DNA of 64,000 nt from an uncultured Gammaproteobacteria bacterium (GCA_964354025.1 CAYGXQ010000003.1:16888-80887); one strand, 5' to 3'; shown: positions 17,581-27,844, counted from the first letter of the stretch. Notes: generated from the letters alone by a model not told the origin. Numbers and translations are program-made.

Positions 17581-19806
17581 TTAGAGTTTGATGTTGGTTA
17601 CCGGTTCGCTGCCCTCATGCGGACAGTCCAGACAATAACTACCGAACATATCCGAGACGATTTGCTGTTCTTTGACTTCAGTATTGTCTTTTTGGTCAGA
17701 AGGCGCCAGGTTACGGGTGTTTTTATCAATCGTTACATTCTGTTTCAGGTTTTCCGTTTCCTTAGGGACGGTGTCTTTGATGAAATATTCATATCTGGTC
17801 GGGCAGCCGCGGTCAGCGGCATTTTTATCCGGATTGGGAGGCAGTTTCCCTGAAAGGCTGCATATTTGGGTCCCGATAATCTCCGGCGGCTGTTTCGGCC
17901 AAAGGTCAGGCTGGTTTTTCAAAATCTGAGTGAAAATTTTATTCCAAATCGGCGCCGCGCCGGTAATGCCTGAAGAGAGGTATGGATCCATCGGTTTATT
18001 ATCGTTGTTGCCGACCCAAACCGTCACCACAAAGTTAGGGGTGTAGCCAATCGTCCAATTATCTCTTTTATCGTCGGTCGTGCCGGTTTTGACCGCTACC
18101 GCGTGGTTGGGAACGATCAGAAATGAGGAGGTGCCGAACATTTGTGAACGGGCGTTGTTGTCAAGCAAAATATGAGACATGAGAAAGGTGGTTTCATTGG
18201 AAAGGACTCTTGGTCCCTGGATGAGAAGGGTAGAGGGGAAGGAAAGAGGCTTGTCAATTTCTTTAACCAAATTTTGATCCTTATACTCTTCTAGAATCTT
18301 ACCGTTATGATCTTCAACTTTCAGGATGGAAATCAGATCTTTTCTGATGCCGGAATTGGCAAAAACGCCAAAAACCTTAGCCATATCAAGTATCGTTACT
18401 TCGCCCCCGCCCAAAGTCAAAGATAAGCCGTATTTCGAAGGATCGGCAAAAGTGGAAATTCCCATTGCTGAAGCAGAGGCAATGACCGGTCCCACTCCGT
18501 TTAAAGCCATCATTTTAACCGCCGGAATATTGAAAGAATTGCCAAGAGCAAAGCGCAGTTGCACCGGACCATGGAATTTGCCGTCGTAGTTGACCGGGCA
18601 ATAAGGCTTTTGGCCGACTACCTGAAAACAGGTCGGTTCGTCAATAAAAAGAGTCGCCGGAGTCACTTTTTTTGTTTCAAAACCAACGGCGTAATTGATC
18701 GGCTTGATAGCCGAACCGGGTTGACGGAAAGAAGTGGTGACGTTGAAGTTGCCGCTGTCGGTGGCAAAATAGTCTTTTGAACCGACCATAGCCAGAATTT
18801 CTCCAGTAGCAGGGCGGGTAACCAAAGCGGCCCCGTTGCCGACCCGGTAATTTTTCAGTTTGGCGATTTCTGTAGCCACCGCGTCCTGGGCAAATTCCTG
18901 CAGCGGCAGATCCAAACTGGTAGTTACTTTCAGTCCGCCGGTTTCCACTATTTTTTCACCGTATTTTTCGACCAGTTTTTCTTTGATGTACATCACGAAG
19001 TGCGGGGCGGCAATATCACTTCTTTGAGGACGAAAATCCATCTTTTCGCTTAACGCTTCACGCTTTACGCTTTCTGTAATATAGCCGTCTTCGACCATCC
19101 GCTGGAGGACTTCTTTCTGGCGGTCGATCGCATATTCAGGATGAGCTCCGTAAGGAGAATAAACCGTTGGCGCCGCCGGCAGTCCGGCTAAAAGTGCAGC
19201 TTGCGCCAAGGATAACTGCTTAACGTTTTTACCAAAGTATTTTTCCGCGGCCGCTTCGATCCCCCAAGCAGTGCCGCCGTAAGGCACCTGGTTGAAATAC
19301 ATTTCCAGAATCTGGTCTTTGTTGTACAACCGTTCCGTCCAGAATGCCAAAATGATTTCCCTGATTTTCCGGCTTAAAGTCCGCTCCGGGGTCAAAAGAG
19401 CGGTTTTAACCAGCTGCTGGGTGATGGTTGAGCCGCCCTGCAGTTTTTGGTGAGACAGTGTTTCCTTAACCGCCCGCAAAATGCCGCCGACGAGGCTGAC
19501 GCCCTGATGGCGGTAAAAATCTTTATCTTCAATGGCAATCGTCGCCTGGCGAAGATAAAGGGGAATGTCTGCCAGTTTGACCAAGGTCCGGTTTTGCTCA
19601 GTATAAACTTCATAAAGCAGAGCACCGCTCCTATCAAAGATTTTGGTGGTTTGGGGAATTTCGTAGGAAATCAGTTTTGAAGGGCTGGGAAGACCGGTAA
19701 AAATAACAAAGAACATAAAACATAAAACAAAGAACAAAGAAAATATAATAAATAACAGGACAACTTTTTTCTTTGGTTGAAATTGTTTTGATGATTCCTT
19801 TTCCAT
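17581..19806 (-). CDS. Class A penicillin-binding protein (paralog), with Cys-containing C-terminal extension
   Basis: EDKDFYRHQG and GGSTITQQ; SAIK, SFN and KTGT motifs. Confidence 0.9.
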   Translation of the reverse strand: MEKESSKQFQPKKKVVLLFIIFSLFFVLCFMFFVIFTGLPSPSKLISYEIPQTTKIFDRSGALLYEVYTEQNRTLVKLADIPLYLRQATIAIEDKDFYRHQGVSLVGGILRAVKETLSHQKLQGGSTITQQLVKTALLTPERTLSRKIREIILAFWTERLYNKDQILEMYFNQVPYGGTAWGIEAAAEKYFGKNVKQLSLAQAALLAGLPAAPTVYSPYGAHPEYAIDRQKEVLQRMVEDGYITESVKREALSEKMDFRPQRSDIAAPHFVMYIKEKLVEKYGEKIVETGGLKVTTSLDLPLQEFAQDAVATEIAKLKNYRVGNGAALVTRPATGEILAMVGSKDYFATDSGNFNVTTSFRQPGSAIKPINYAVGFETKKVTPATLFIDEPTCFQVVGQKPYCPVNYDGKFHGPVQLRFALGNSFNIPAVKMMALNGVGPVIASASAMGISTFADPSKYGLSLTLGGGEVTILDMAKVFGVFANSGIRKDLISILKVEDHNGKILEEYKDQNLVKEIDKPLSFPSTLLIQGPRVLSNETTFLMSHILLDNNARSQMFGTSSFLIVPNHAVAVKTGTTDDKRDNWTIGYTPNFVVTVWVGNNDNKPMDPYLSSGITGAAPIWNKIFTQILKNQPDLWPKQPPEIIGTQICSLSGKLPPNPDKNAADRGCPTRYEYFIKDTVPKETENLKQNVTIDKNTRNLAPSDQKDNTEVKEQQIVSDMFGSYCLDCPHEGSEPVTNIKL

Positions 19807-19844
19807 AACAGAGTAATTTATTATACAATAATCATTAAATACTT

Positions 19845-20870
19845 ATGGAAATTGCCGCGCTTCACAGTAATTGGGTCGACCTGATCGTCATCCTCATGAT
19901 AATTCTTTATCTGGTGAGCGGCTGGCGGAGAGGATTTCTTTTGGGATTGGTCGATCTGGTGGGTTTTGTCGCCTCTTTTGCTTTTGCCCTGAAGACTTAT
20001 GCCTTTGTCGGTCAACTGCTGGTCGCTAATTTCCAAATTCCCCAAGGAATCGGTAAAGCGGTTGGTTTTTTACTCAGCGGGCTTTTGATTGAATTTGTTT
20101 TGTCGATGGTAATCAATTTGATTTATAAATACCTCCACAGGCGCTATTTCATCGCTTTGGCTAATCTGGAAAGAAGAAACATTCTCACTTTATTTAAACG
20201 TCTGGACCGGTTCTTTGGTTTTCTGCCGGCAGTCGGCGAAGCGTTGATCTTTACCGCTTTCATGCTGACTCTCCTGATTGCTTTGCCGATACAAGGAGCG
20301 ATCAAAAAGGATATCCTTTCCGCCCAAATCGGCGGAGCTCTGGTTGTCAGGACTCAAAGTATCGAAAAAGAGTTAGACCAGATTTTTGGTGAAGCGGTCA
20401 ATGAATCGCTGAATTTTTTGACCGTCAACGCCAATCCCCAAAGCACGGAAAAGATAGATCTAAAATTTACCCAGACCCAAGTCGAAGAAGATCCCGCCAG
20501 TGAAGAAGCGATGCTAATCTTGATCAATAAGGAAAGGACAAAGATGGATTTGTCACCGTTATCTTTTTCCCTGGCTCTTCGGACACTGGCGCGAAGTTAT
20601 GCCGAGGATATGTTTGCCCGCGGCTATTTTTCCCATAACGATCCGGAAGGATTAACCCCTTTTGACAGGATGAGAAAAAACGGGATCGAATTCTACGCCG
20701 CCGGCGAAAATCTGGCCCTGGCGCCGAATGTAGAACTAGCTCATCAGGGTTTGATGAATTCTCCCGGCCATCGGGCCAATATTCTCTCGGCGGATTTCGG
20801 TCAGATCGGCATCGGCGTTATTGATGGCGGCATATACGGACTGATGTTTGTGCAGGAATTCACTAATTAA
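19845..20870 (+). CDS. CvpA-family membrane domain fused to C-terminal CAP/SCP/PR-1 (YkwD-like) domain
   Basis: N-terminal CvpA-like TM segment (GWRRGFLLGLVDLVGF); C-terminal GYFSHNDPEG...GHRANIL CAP motifs. Confidence 0.75.
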   Translation: MEIAALHSNWVDLIVILMIILYLVSGWRRGFLLGLVDLVGFVASFAFALKTYAFVGQLLVANFQIPQGIGKAVGFLLSGLLIEFVLSMVINLIYKYLHRRYFIALANLERRNILTLFKRLDRFFGFLPAVGEALIFTAFMLTLLIALPIQGAIKKDILSAQIGGALVVRTQSIEKELDQIFGEAVNESLNFLTVNANPQSTEKIDLKFTQTQVEEDPASEEAMLILINKERTKMDLSPLSFSLALRTLARSYAEDMFARGYFSHNDPEGLTPFDRMRKNGIEFYAAGENLALAPNVELAHQGLMNSPGHRANILSADFGQIGIGVIDGGIYGLMFVQEFTN

Positions 20871-20902
20871 GCATGAAGAAAGATGCTTGCCCCGTATAAA
20901 CG

Positions 20903-21544
20903 CTACTTCATAACGGTAATTCTCTTAAGACCTTCGATGATAGCCTGACTGATTAAATCTTCCAGTAATAATAAATTGCCTTCATCTGCTTCCCGCATGG
21001 CTTTAATATATTTTTTCCTGTCAGTTCCTGTTTCCGCTTTTATTTCAATCGTCGGTAATCCAAGCTTAAGAAGAAGGAGAATGGTTAGCATACGGGCAGT
21101 TCTACCGTTGTAATCCTGGAAAGGATGAATAAAAACAAATTTATGTTGGAACCAGGCAAGAAGTTTTACTGCCTCGAGTATGTATTTATCTGCTTTAGGA
21201 TCTGGTAAATGCTTTAATCTTTCCTCCAAATCTTCATAGAAATTTACCATAAGTTCAGGTATCTTAAAATATGGCGTAGCTTCTTTTCCGGAAATTGTCA
21301 CTTGTATTTTTCTGAATTTACCAGCCCATTTTGGGAATATCCAGCCGAATGATATTGCATGCAATTTACAAATAAATTCTGGAGTTATTCTGACAGCTTT
21401 GTTTTTCTTTACTTGCTGACGGATGAAATCCAACCCCTTTTTTGTTCCTTCAATTTCAAGTTTAAGCAGTTTCGATCGGGGAATAATACCGAAAGCTGAT
21501 TCTTTATACGAAGTTGCGTCCTTTGGTTTCGTTGCGGCTTTCAT
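20903..21544 (-). CDS. Class I Fic-domain toxin (AMPylator family)
   Basis: Fic motif HPFQDYNGRTAR; no intrinsic inhibitory helix; coupled upstream small ORF. Confidence 0.8.
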   Translation of the reverse strand: MKAATKPKDATSYKESAFGIIPRSKLLKLEIEGTKKGLDFIRQQVKKNKAVRITPEFICKLHAISFGWIFPKWAGKFRKIQVTISGKEATPYFKIPELMVNFYEDLEERLKHLPDPKADKYILEAVKLLAWFQHKFVFIHPFQDYNGRTARMLTILLLLKLGLPTIEIKAETGTDRKKYIKAMREADEGNLLLLEDLISQAIIEGLKRITVMK

Positions 21545-21732
21545 TTATATAATCGAGAAATCATCTTGCGGGTGACAGGTTCTCCTTCAAGCTTAGTGGT
21601 GCGAAAGATAATTTCTGGGATCAGGACACGAAAAAATCCCAACACGTTTTTTCTTTTCTTAGCAGTGCGGTATTTAGAATATGCCTGTAATAGTATATTT
21701 CTATTCTTTTTACTCATATCTAAAGTATACAA
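21541..21732 (-). CDS. Putative Fic antitoxin (FicA/VbhA-like), 63 aa
   Basis: Carries the [ST]xxxE[GN] inhibitory motif (TTKLEG); ATGA overlap with the Fic gene. Confidence 0.55.
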   Translation of the reverse strand: MYTLDMSKKNRNILLQAYSKYRTAKKRKNVLGFFRVLIPEIIFRTTKLEGEPVTRKMISRLYK

Positions 21733-21831
21733 CTATCTGGAAGCTAAATAAAGATTTAGAATTAAATCATTGAGATCCATTTCTCCTTAAAACTACAGAG
21801 ATTGACTATTTGATGGTAAGCAGATAGAAAT

Positions 21832-22485
21832 ATGCAAGCAGAAGAACAAGATAAATTAGCACGAGTCGTACCATCAGTACCAGAACCTGTTGAAGAAACA
21901 CAAAAAGACGCATTAACATTATTGGGTGAAGCCGTAGCAGCTACAGCGGTTTCTGAAGAAGAAAAAGCTTTAGCTCAAGCATTAATAACTAGACAACAAG
22001 CACTAAAAGCAGAATGGCAAGCTAAAATAACCCAAGGATTAGCCAAAGGAGAGATAAACGGTATCATAGTTTCTGATCTTCATGGTGCTTTAATGGCTGC
22101 AAATATACCAGCAAGCGGTGGACCAACACCAATTGAATTTAGAGCTGATGAAGAAGCGGGGGGCAAACCATTTTTTAAACAAGCATACATTCAATTTCCA
22201 TTATTAGAAGCGATGACGGTTGGTGATGAACAACATAGGTGTATGGTTCAACCGTCTGAAGAATTTCAAGATAGAGTATTAAAACAGCTTGGAGCCTATT
22301 CTGGAGAAAATAAACCAGTTTGGGCGGCTCAGCATGATGCAAAAGGCGGAATGGTTGAACGTGTCCCAACCTCACTAGCTGGAGTAGAATTATCTGCGAA
22401 TATTATTGGAAGTGCTGGTGGTTTTTCTATTAGTACAAAACTAAACGAAGCAGCGTTTGGTAAAGCTATAGGTGTTCCTCACTAA
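21832..22485 (+). CDS. Hypothetical protein with foreign codon usage (A/T-ending codons)
   Basis: ORF; Ala/Glu-rich N-terminus; codon preference differs from neighbours. Confidence 0.45.
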   Translation: MQAEEQDKLARVVPSVPEPVEETQKDALTLLGEAVAATAVSEEEKALAQALITRQQALKAEWQAKITQGLAKGEINGIIVSDLHGALMAANIPASGGPTPIEFRADEEAGGKPFFKQAYIQFPLLEAMTVGDEQHRCMVQPSEEFQDRVLKQLGAYSGENKPVWAAQHDAKGGMVERVPTSLAGVELSANIIGSAGGFSISTKLNEAAFGKAIGVPH

Positions 22486-22649
22486 TACTTACCTTAGTTC
22501 TAATAGTTCCTTAAAGGGATACAGATTGAGCTAATAAAAGTTCCAAGTTCGTTCCACATTCTCCTCAGATTGTTAAGAGAGAGCGAAAACCCAAACTAGT
22601 ATTGACATAGTATCAGTTTAGGAGTAAAGTAAAAATAGGAGGTATCGAT

Positions 22650-23252
22650 ATGTTTACATTACCGGATTTACCATATGCGTATGAGGCGTTGGAGCCCTAT
22701 ATTGATCGTGAGACGATGCATATCCATCACGACAAGCATCATGCCACATACGTTGCTAACTTAAACGATCTTCTGAAAGATCAACCGGAGTTTGCCCAAA
22801 TGGAGATAGGGCAATTGGTGAAAAGTTTAAATAAAGTTCCTGAAGCTTTCAGACAAAAGGTCATCAATAACGCCGGCGGAGTCATCAACCACAGCCATTT
22901 CTGGCAGCTGATGAGTCCGAAAGATGAAAAAAACCAGCCGCAGGGGAAATTTCAGGAAGCTATAAATTCCGCTTACGGCGGTTTGGAGAAATTTCAGGAA
23001 AATTTTAGTGCCAAAGCTTTAGGAAGATTCGGCAGCGGTTGGGTTTGGCTGATTGCCAAAGACAACAAATTAGAGATTGTTGATACTGCCAATCAGGACA
23101 CGCCGGAGTCAAATGGAAACAAAATACTTTTGACTCTGGATGTCTGGGAACACGCTTATTACCTGAAATACCAAAACCGGCGAGCCGATTATATAAAGGC
23201 CTGGTGGAACGTGGTTAACTGGAAAGAAGTAGAGAAACGGTTTATAATGTAA
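22650..23252 (+). CDS. sodA: Fe/Mn superoxide dismutase
   Basis: HHDKHH...NNAGG..NHS.FW...GSGWVWL...DVWEHAYY; strong RBS and TTGACA-N17-TAAAGT upstream. Confidence 0.9.
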   Translation: MFTLPDLPYAYEALEPYIDRETMHIHHDKHHATYVANLNDLLKDQPEFAQMEIGQLVKSLNKVPEAFRQKVINNAGGVINHSHFWQLMSPKDEKNQPQGKFQEAINSAYGGLEKFQENFSAKALGRFGSGWVWLIAKDNKLEIVDTANQDTPESNGNKILLTLDVWEHAYYLKYQNRRADYIKAWWNVVNWKEVEKRFIM

Positions 23253-23255
23253 TTA

Positions 23256-24737
23256 ATGCCCAGAGAATATTTCAGCGAGCTTTCCGATCACAAGTCGCCT
23301 CCATCCTATAAATTCTTCAACGGCCAAAAGTGGGCAAATTCTTTAAGCGGCAAGACCAAAGAAGTCATTTCCCCAATAGATAATCATGTTTTAGGTTTGA
23401 TACCGGTGGTTACTCATTCCGAGATCGATCAGGCGATAAGACTGGCCAAAAAAGCCCAGAAAGAGTGGGCGGGCGTGCCGATGATACAAAGAGCTAAAGT
23501 CCTGCATCTGGCCGCTGACTGGCTCCGTCACCACGAACATTATTTCACCACCCTTTTGATCAAAGAAATCGGCAAATCTCAAGCGGAAGCCAAAGACGAG
23601 ATATTACGAAGCGCGGACATGATCGACTATTTTGCCAATGAAGGGCTAAATCTGCGCGGTGAAGAACTCTCAGGCGAGGCTTTTCCCGGTTACGACCAGA
23701 CGAAAATGGCCATTATCGAAAGAGTGCCGTTGGGGGCCATTTTATCCATCCCGCCTTTTAATTACCCGGTCAATTTGGCGGTTTCCAAAATTGCTCCGGC
23801 TCTCATTACCGGCAACTGTGTCATCTTCAAACCGCCGACCCAGGGGACGATTTCCGATTTGCACCTGACGGAAGTTTTCCGGATCGCCGGTTTGCCGGAG
23901 GGGCTGATTGTCACTTTGACCGGCGGCGGCGAGGACATCGGCGATTATCTTTGTACGCATCGGGATATCGACATGGTTACTTTCACCGGTTCCTCAAAAG
24001 TAGGGCAGGAGATTGCCGCCATCATCGGCATGATCCCGATCCTTTTTGAGTGCGGCGGCAACAATCCGGCCCTGATTTTGCCGGATGCGGATATGGAAGG
24101 GACAGCCACCGAAATAGTGAAAGGCGCTTTTTCCTATTCCGGCCAGCGTTGTACGGCCATCAAATACGTTTTGGGTTTGCCGCCGACTCTGAAGGAGATT
24201 TTACCGAAGGTGATAGCCAAAACCAAAGAACTTTATAAAATGGGAGATCCTAGGATCGAATCAAACAATCTGGGGCCGGTCATTTCAGACGCGGCTGCGG
24301 ATTTGATTGAAAAAAGGATTATCATGGCCAAAGCCGACGGAGCCAAAATAGCATATGGCGGAACCAGAAAAGAAAGATATCTCGAGCCGACTATTTTAAC
24401 CGGCGGCCGGCCGAGTATGGAAATCGTCCACACGGAAACTTTCGGGCCGGTAGTGACTTTTATGGAAATAAAATCTATCGATGAAGCGATCGCCATTATT
24501 AACGCTTCAACCTACGGTTTGCAGGCCTCGATTTTTACCAGCGATGAAGGCGCCGGCATCCGGCTGGGCAAGCAGATTGAGGTGGGGACGGTCCAAATCA
24601 ACAGCAAACCGCAAAGAGGCCCGGATCATTTTCCATTTTTGGGCATAAAAGGCAGCGGCTCGGGAGTTCAGGGAGTGCGTTATACTTTAGAAGCGATGAC
24701 CAGGCTTCGCTCAATCGTTCTCAATAAACCGCATTAA
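23256..24737 (+). CDS. Aldehyde dehydrogenase family, GapN-like non-phosphorylating dehydrogenase
   Basis: ALDH motifs FNYP.N, TGSSKVG and the catalytic Cys region ECGGNNP. Confidence 0.8.
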   Translation: MPREYFSELSDHKSPPSYKFFNGQKWANSLSGKTKEVISPIDNHVLGLIPVVTHSEIDQAIRLAKKAQKEWAGVPMIQRAKVLHLAADWLRHHEHYFTTLLIKEIGKSQAEAKDEILRSADMIDYFANEGLNLRGEELSGEAFPGYDQTKMAIIERVPLGAILSIPPFNYPVNLAVSKIAPALITGNCVIFKPPTQGTISDLHLTEVFRIAGLPEGLIVTLTGGGEDIGDYLCTHRDIDMVTFTGSSKVGQEIAAIIGMIPILFECGGNNPALILPDADMEGTATEIVKGAFSYSGQRCTAIKYVLGLPPTLKEILPKVIAKTKELYKMGDPRIESNNLGPVISDAAADLIEKRIIMAKADGAKIAYGGTRKERYLEPTILTGGRPSMEIVHTETFGPVVTFMEIKSIDEAIAIINASTYGLQASIFTSDEGAGIRLGKQIEVGTVQINSKPQRGPDHFPFLGIKGSGSGVQGVRYTLEAMTRLRSIVLNKPH

Positions 24738-25254
24738 ACGATTTCATTGCAATTTCCAGGGTTTCCGTCGGGCCGTTGGCATAAGTATCAATTACCAGAT
24801 CATACATTTTTGGGTTCCAAAAATCTTTGGTCAGGTAGAGCTTTTCCCATTTCTTGATGTTTTCTTCTTCCCGGGTCTGCAGGTGATATTTGGCTTCTTC
24901 TATGGTCATTTTATCGCGGTTGACCAGGCGGTCAATCCGCACCGCGTCATCAGGGCAAGTGAGAAGAATTTTATAAACCTCAGGGATTCCCTGGGCGTCA
25001 TAACCGGCCAGCCACGATTCAATAACCAAATGATTTTCCTTTCGGAGTTTTTCTTTGATCAGGTTATCCAGATCAAGGTGATATTGATCGGAAGTGCGGC
25101 TGGTTTCTTCCAAAGGAATGCCGTTTTTCCTGACGTGCTCGCGGACGAGTTCTCCACCGAGAATCAATTGCCAGCCCAGTTTTTCCGATAAAGATCTGGC
25201 CAAAGTCGTCGAACCGGTGGCGGCTTTACTGGAGATGGTGATGTTTCGAAGCAT
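24721..25254 (-). CDS. Archaeal-type cytidylate kinase / AAA-family nucleotide kinase-like, with degenerate P-loop
   Basis: N-terminus ITISSKAATGSTTLAR aligns to IxISGPPGSGKTT, but the Walker A Lys is lost. Confidence 0.5.
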   Translation of the reverse strand: MLRNITISSKAATGSTTLARSLSEKLGWQLILGGELVREHVRKNGIPLEETSRTSDQYHLDLDNLIKEKLRKENHLVIESWLAGYDAQGIPEVYKILLTCPDDAVRIDRLVNRDKMTIEEAKYHLQTREEENIKKWEKLYLTKDFWNPKMYDLVIDTYANGPTETLEIAMKSFNAVY

Positions 25255-25399
25255 AGGGTTATCTTACACTAAGAACTTTTTTTTGACAAATGTTCGCGGA
25301 TAATGGTAAGATAGAACATGTTGGCACAAATGTTCCAGCCAAATATAAAATTAGTAATTTACAAATACCCGGCTAAGGCCGGGATTATTTTGGGCTAAA

Positions 25400-25810
25400 A
25401 TGGCAAAAATCGTTTGTTTCTGCGGCAGTTTCAAATTTTATAAAGAGATGATCGAGGTGGCTGAAATACTCAAGAAGGCCGGTTATCAGGTGATTGTACC
25501 TAAACCTTCGCACATCCGTCACGGCCATAAGCCGGAAGAACTGAAGAAAATAAAATATGACCAAAAAACCCTGCAAAAATGGGAGGGTGAAGGCGCTTTT
25601 TCCCATCTGGAAAATATAAGAAAAAGCGATTTAATCTATATTTATAACCAAGGTTCATACTTGGGTCCGGCAGTGACGGTAGAAATCGGTTACGCGCTGG
25701 CACTCGGCAAGCTGATTTACGCCCGGGCAGCCGTGACGGATATTACGGTGACAAACTTTATCAAAGCGGTGGTCAGTCCGCATAAATTACTTAAATTATT
25801 AAGTGTATAA
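25400..25810 (+). CDS. Nucleoside 2-deoxyribosyltransferase-like small protein candidate
   Basis: C-terminal VTVEIGYALALGK resembles the TAFE.GYA motif of the family; weak. Confidence 0.35.
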   Translation: MAKIVCFCGSFKFYKEMIEVAEILKKAGYQVIVPKPSHIRHGHKPEELKKIKYDQKTLQKWEGEGAFSHLENIRKSDLIYIYNQGSYLGPAVTVEIGYALALGKLIYARAAVTDITVTNFIKAVVSPHKLLKLLSV

Positions 25811-26792
25811 TATGATTATGCATCAATTTGGAGAACTGACAGAACTTCACGTCCACGTGGGAAGCGCGGTTGACCCGCCGATCATGTGGGAGATCGCTCA
25901 CGAACAGGGGATCAAACTGCCGACGAAAAACTACTGGGAATTTGAGAAGCTGATTACCGTGGCCGACAAAACCAACTACGATAAATATCTGGAACTTTTT
26001 TACTGGACGGAACTCATCCAATCCTCACCGGAAGCCATGGATAAGAGCATTTATTCGATTGCTTCAGGTGCTTATAGGAAAAACAACATCACCACTCTTG
26101 AAATCCGTTTTAACCCGATGAAAAGAAACAGGGAAGGGGAGCGGGATCTTGACCACATCATTCTGGCTGCCATTCACGGCATGGAAAGGGCCATGCTCGC
26201 TTATCCGGTCCGGGTCGGTTTGATCTTTTGCCTGGACCGCTCTTTTTCACCGAATTTAAACGGGATTATTGCCGAAAAGGCGATGAAATACAGCCGCCGC
26301 GGCGTCGTGGGAATTGATCTGGCCGGACATATCGACAGTAAATTTCGACTTGAGGATATTGCGGAAATTGCCGTCCAATGCCGTAAATTTGGTTTAGGGA
26401 TTACCATCCATACCGGCGAGGCCACAGGGGCCGATGAAGTCAAAGAAGTGATGCGGTTGATTGCGCCCGAGCGTTTAGGTCACGGCATCAGAAGCGTTGA
26501 GGACGAAAATCTTTTGGATGATTTGAGCGCCAAAGGCACAGTTTTGGAAATTTGTCCCTCCTCTAATTTGCATACCGGCGTGGTTAAAAGCCTTGAGGAA
26601 TTTAAAGTTATTTTTTGCAAGCTTAAACAGCACGGAGTCAAATTTACCATTAATACCGACGGACCGGAAATGATCAAGACCAATCTTTCCGCCGAATACA
26701 ATCTGCTTTTAGAAAATGGTATCTTAGAAAAAGAAGACGTACTCAGCGCTTCAAAGGAAGCGAGAAAGGCAAGTTTCATCAAAAATGTCTGA
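25803..26792 (+). CDS. Adenosine/AMP deaminase family metallo-hydrolase
   Basis: ELHVHVGS...HGIRSVEDE...ICPSSN, adenosine deaminase signatures. Confidence 0.7.
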   Translation: MYNMIMHQFGELTELHVHVGSAVDPPIMWEIAHEQGIKLPTKNYWEFEKLITVADKTNYDKYLELFYWTELIQSSPEAMDKSIYSIASGAYRKNNITTLEIRFNPMKRNREGERDLDHIILAAIHGMERAMLAYPVRVGLIFCLDRSFSPNLNGIIAEKAMKYSRRGVVGIDLAGHIDSKFRLEDIAEIAVQCRKFGLGITIHTGEATGADEVKEVMRLIAPERLGHGIRSVEDENLLDDLSAKGTVLEICPSSNLHTGVVKSLEEFKVIFCKLKQHGVKFTINTDGPEMIKTNLSAEYNLLLENGILEKEDVLSASKEARKASFIKNV

Positions 26793-27843
26793 TATAAAAA
26801 AAGGCTTGACTTTCGATGATGTTTTGCTTTTGCCTGGGTTTGCCGAGATTAAACGGGAAGAGATAGACATTACCTCTTCCTGGTCGCCAAAAATAAAACT
26901 GAACGTTCCCTTGGTTTCGGCGCCGATGGACACGGTGACTGGGGCGAAAATGGCTATCGCCCTGGGTAAATTAGGCGGTTTGGGAGTGATCCACCGCAAC
27001 TTATCAGTAGAAAATCAGGCGAAAGAAATTTTTTCAGCCAAAAAAGAAATTCCGTTTGTCGCAGCGGCGGTGGGTGTCGGTGACGATTTGGTTAACCGTT
27101 TGGATGTCTTGGTCAAAGCCGGTCTTGATGTTGTCGTGGTTGACAGTGCCCACGGCTATTCCAAATTTGTGGTTGAGGCAACTGTTTATATTGCCCAAAA
27201 ATACCCCCAACTTTTCCTTATTTCCGGCAATGTCGCCACTTATGAAGGGGCTCAAAAATTAATTTCCTCCGGGACTCATGCTCTTCGGGTCGGTATGGGT
27301 CCGGGTTCAATCTGTACTACCAGGATTGTCGCCGGTATCGGCGTGCCGCAGTTTACCGCTATCTTTGAAACTGCTCGAGCCGCCGGGGAAAATAATATTC
27401 CGGTTATTGCCGACGGCGGTATCCGTTTTTCCGGTGACGTAGTCAAAGCATTGTCCGCCGGTGCCGGTGCAGTCATGCTCGGTTCGCTTTTTGCCGGTTG
27501 TGAGGAAGCGCCGGGAAAATTGGTGACAGTGAAAGGCAAAAAATACAAGTCATACCGGGGCATGGGATCGCTTCCGGCGATGAAAGAAGGCAGTGCCGCC
27601 CGGTATGGTCAAACCTATCATCAGGGTCTGGAGAAAAAACTGATCGCGGAAGGTGTTTCCGGTCTGGTGCCATACCGCGGTTCCTTGGAAGAGGTGGTGA
27701 CGCAATTGGTTGGCGGACTGCGGTCGGGGATGTATTACGCCGGGGCGAAAAACATTAAAGACCTCCAGAAAAAAGCTGAGTTTATTAAAATCACGCCGGC
27801 CGGACTGACGGAAAGTTTTCCGCACGACGTTATACTTAAGTAA
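26785..27843 (+). CDS. guaB: IMP dehydrogenase (short, CBS-less form) / GMP reductase family
   Basis: [11 protein letters not shown]...SAPMDTVT...catalytic [11 protein letters not shown] loop; immediately upstream of guaA. Confidence 0.8.
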   Translation: MSDIKKGLTFDDVLLLPGFAEIKREEIDITSSWSPKIKLNVPLVSAPMDTVTGAKMAIALGKLGGLGVIHRNLSVENQAKEIFSAKKEIPFVAAAVGVGDDLVNRLDVLVKAGLDVVVVDSAHGYSKFVVEATVYIAQKYPQLFLISGNVATYEGAQKLISSGTHALRVGMGPGSICTTRIVAGIGVPQFTAIFETARAAGENNIPVIADGGIRFSGDVVKALSAGAGAVMLGSLFAGCEEAPGKLVTVKGKKYKSYRGMGSLPAMKEGSAARYGQTYHQGLEKKLIAEGVSGLVPYRGSLEEVVTQLVGGLRSGMYYAGAKNIKDLQKKAEFIKITPAGLTESFPHDVILK

Positions 27844-27844
27844 T

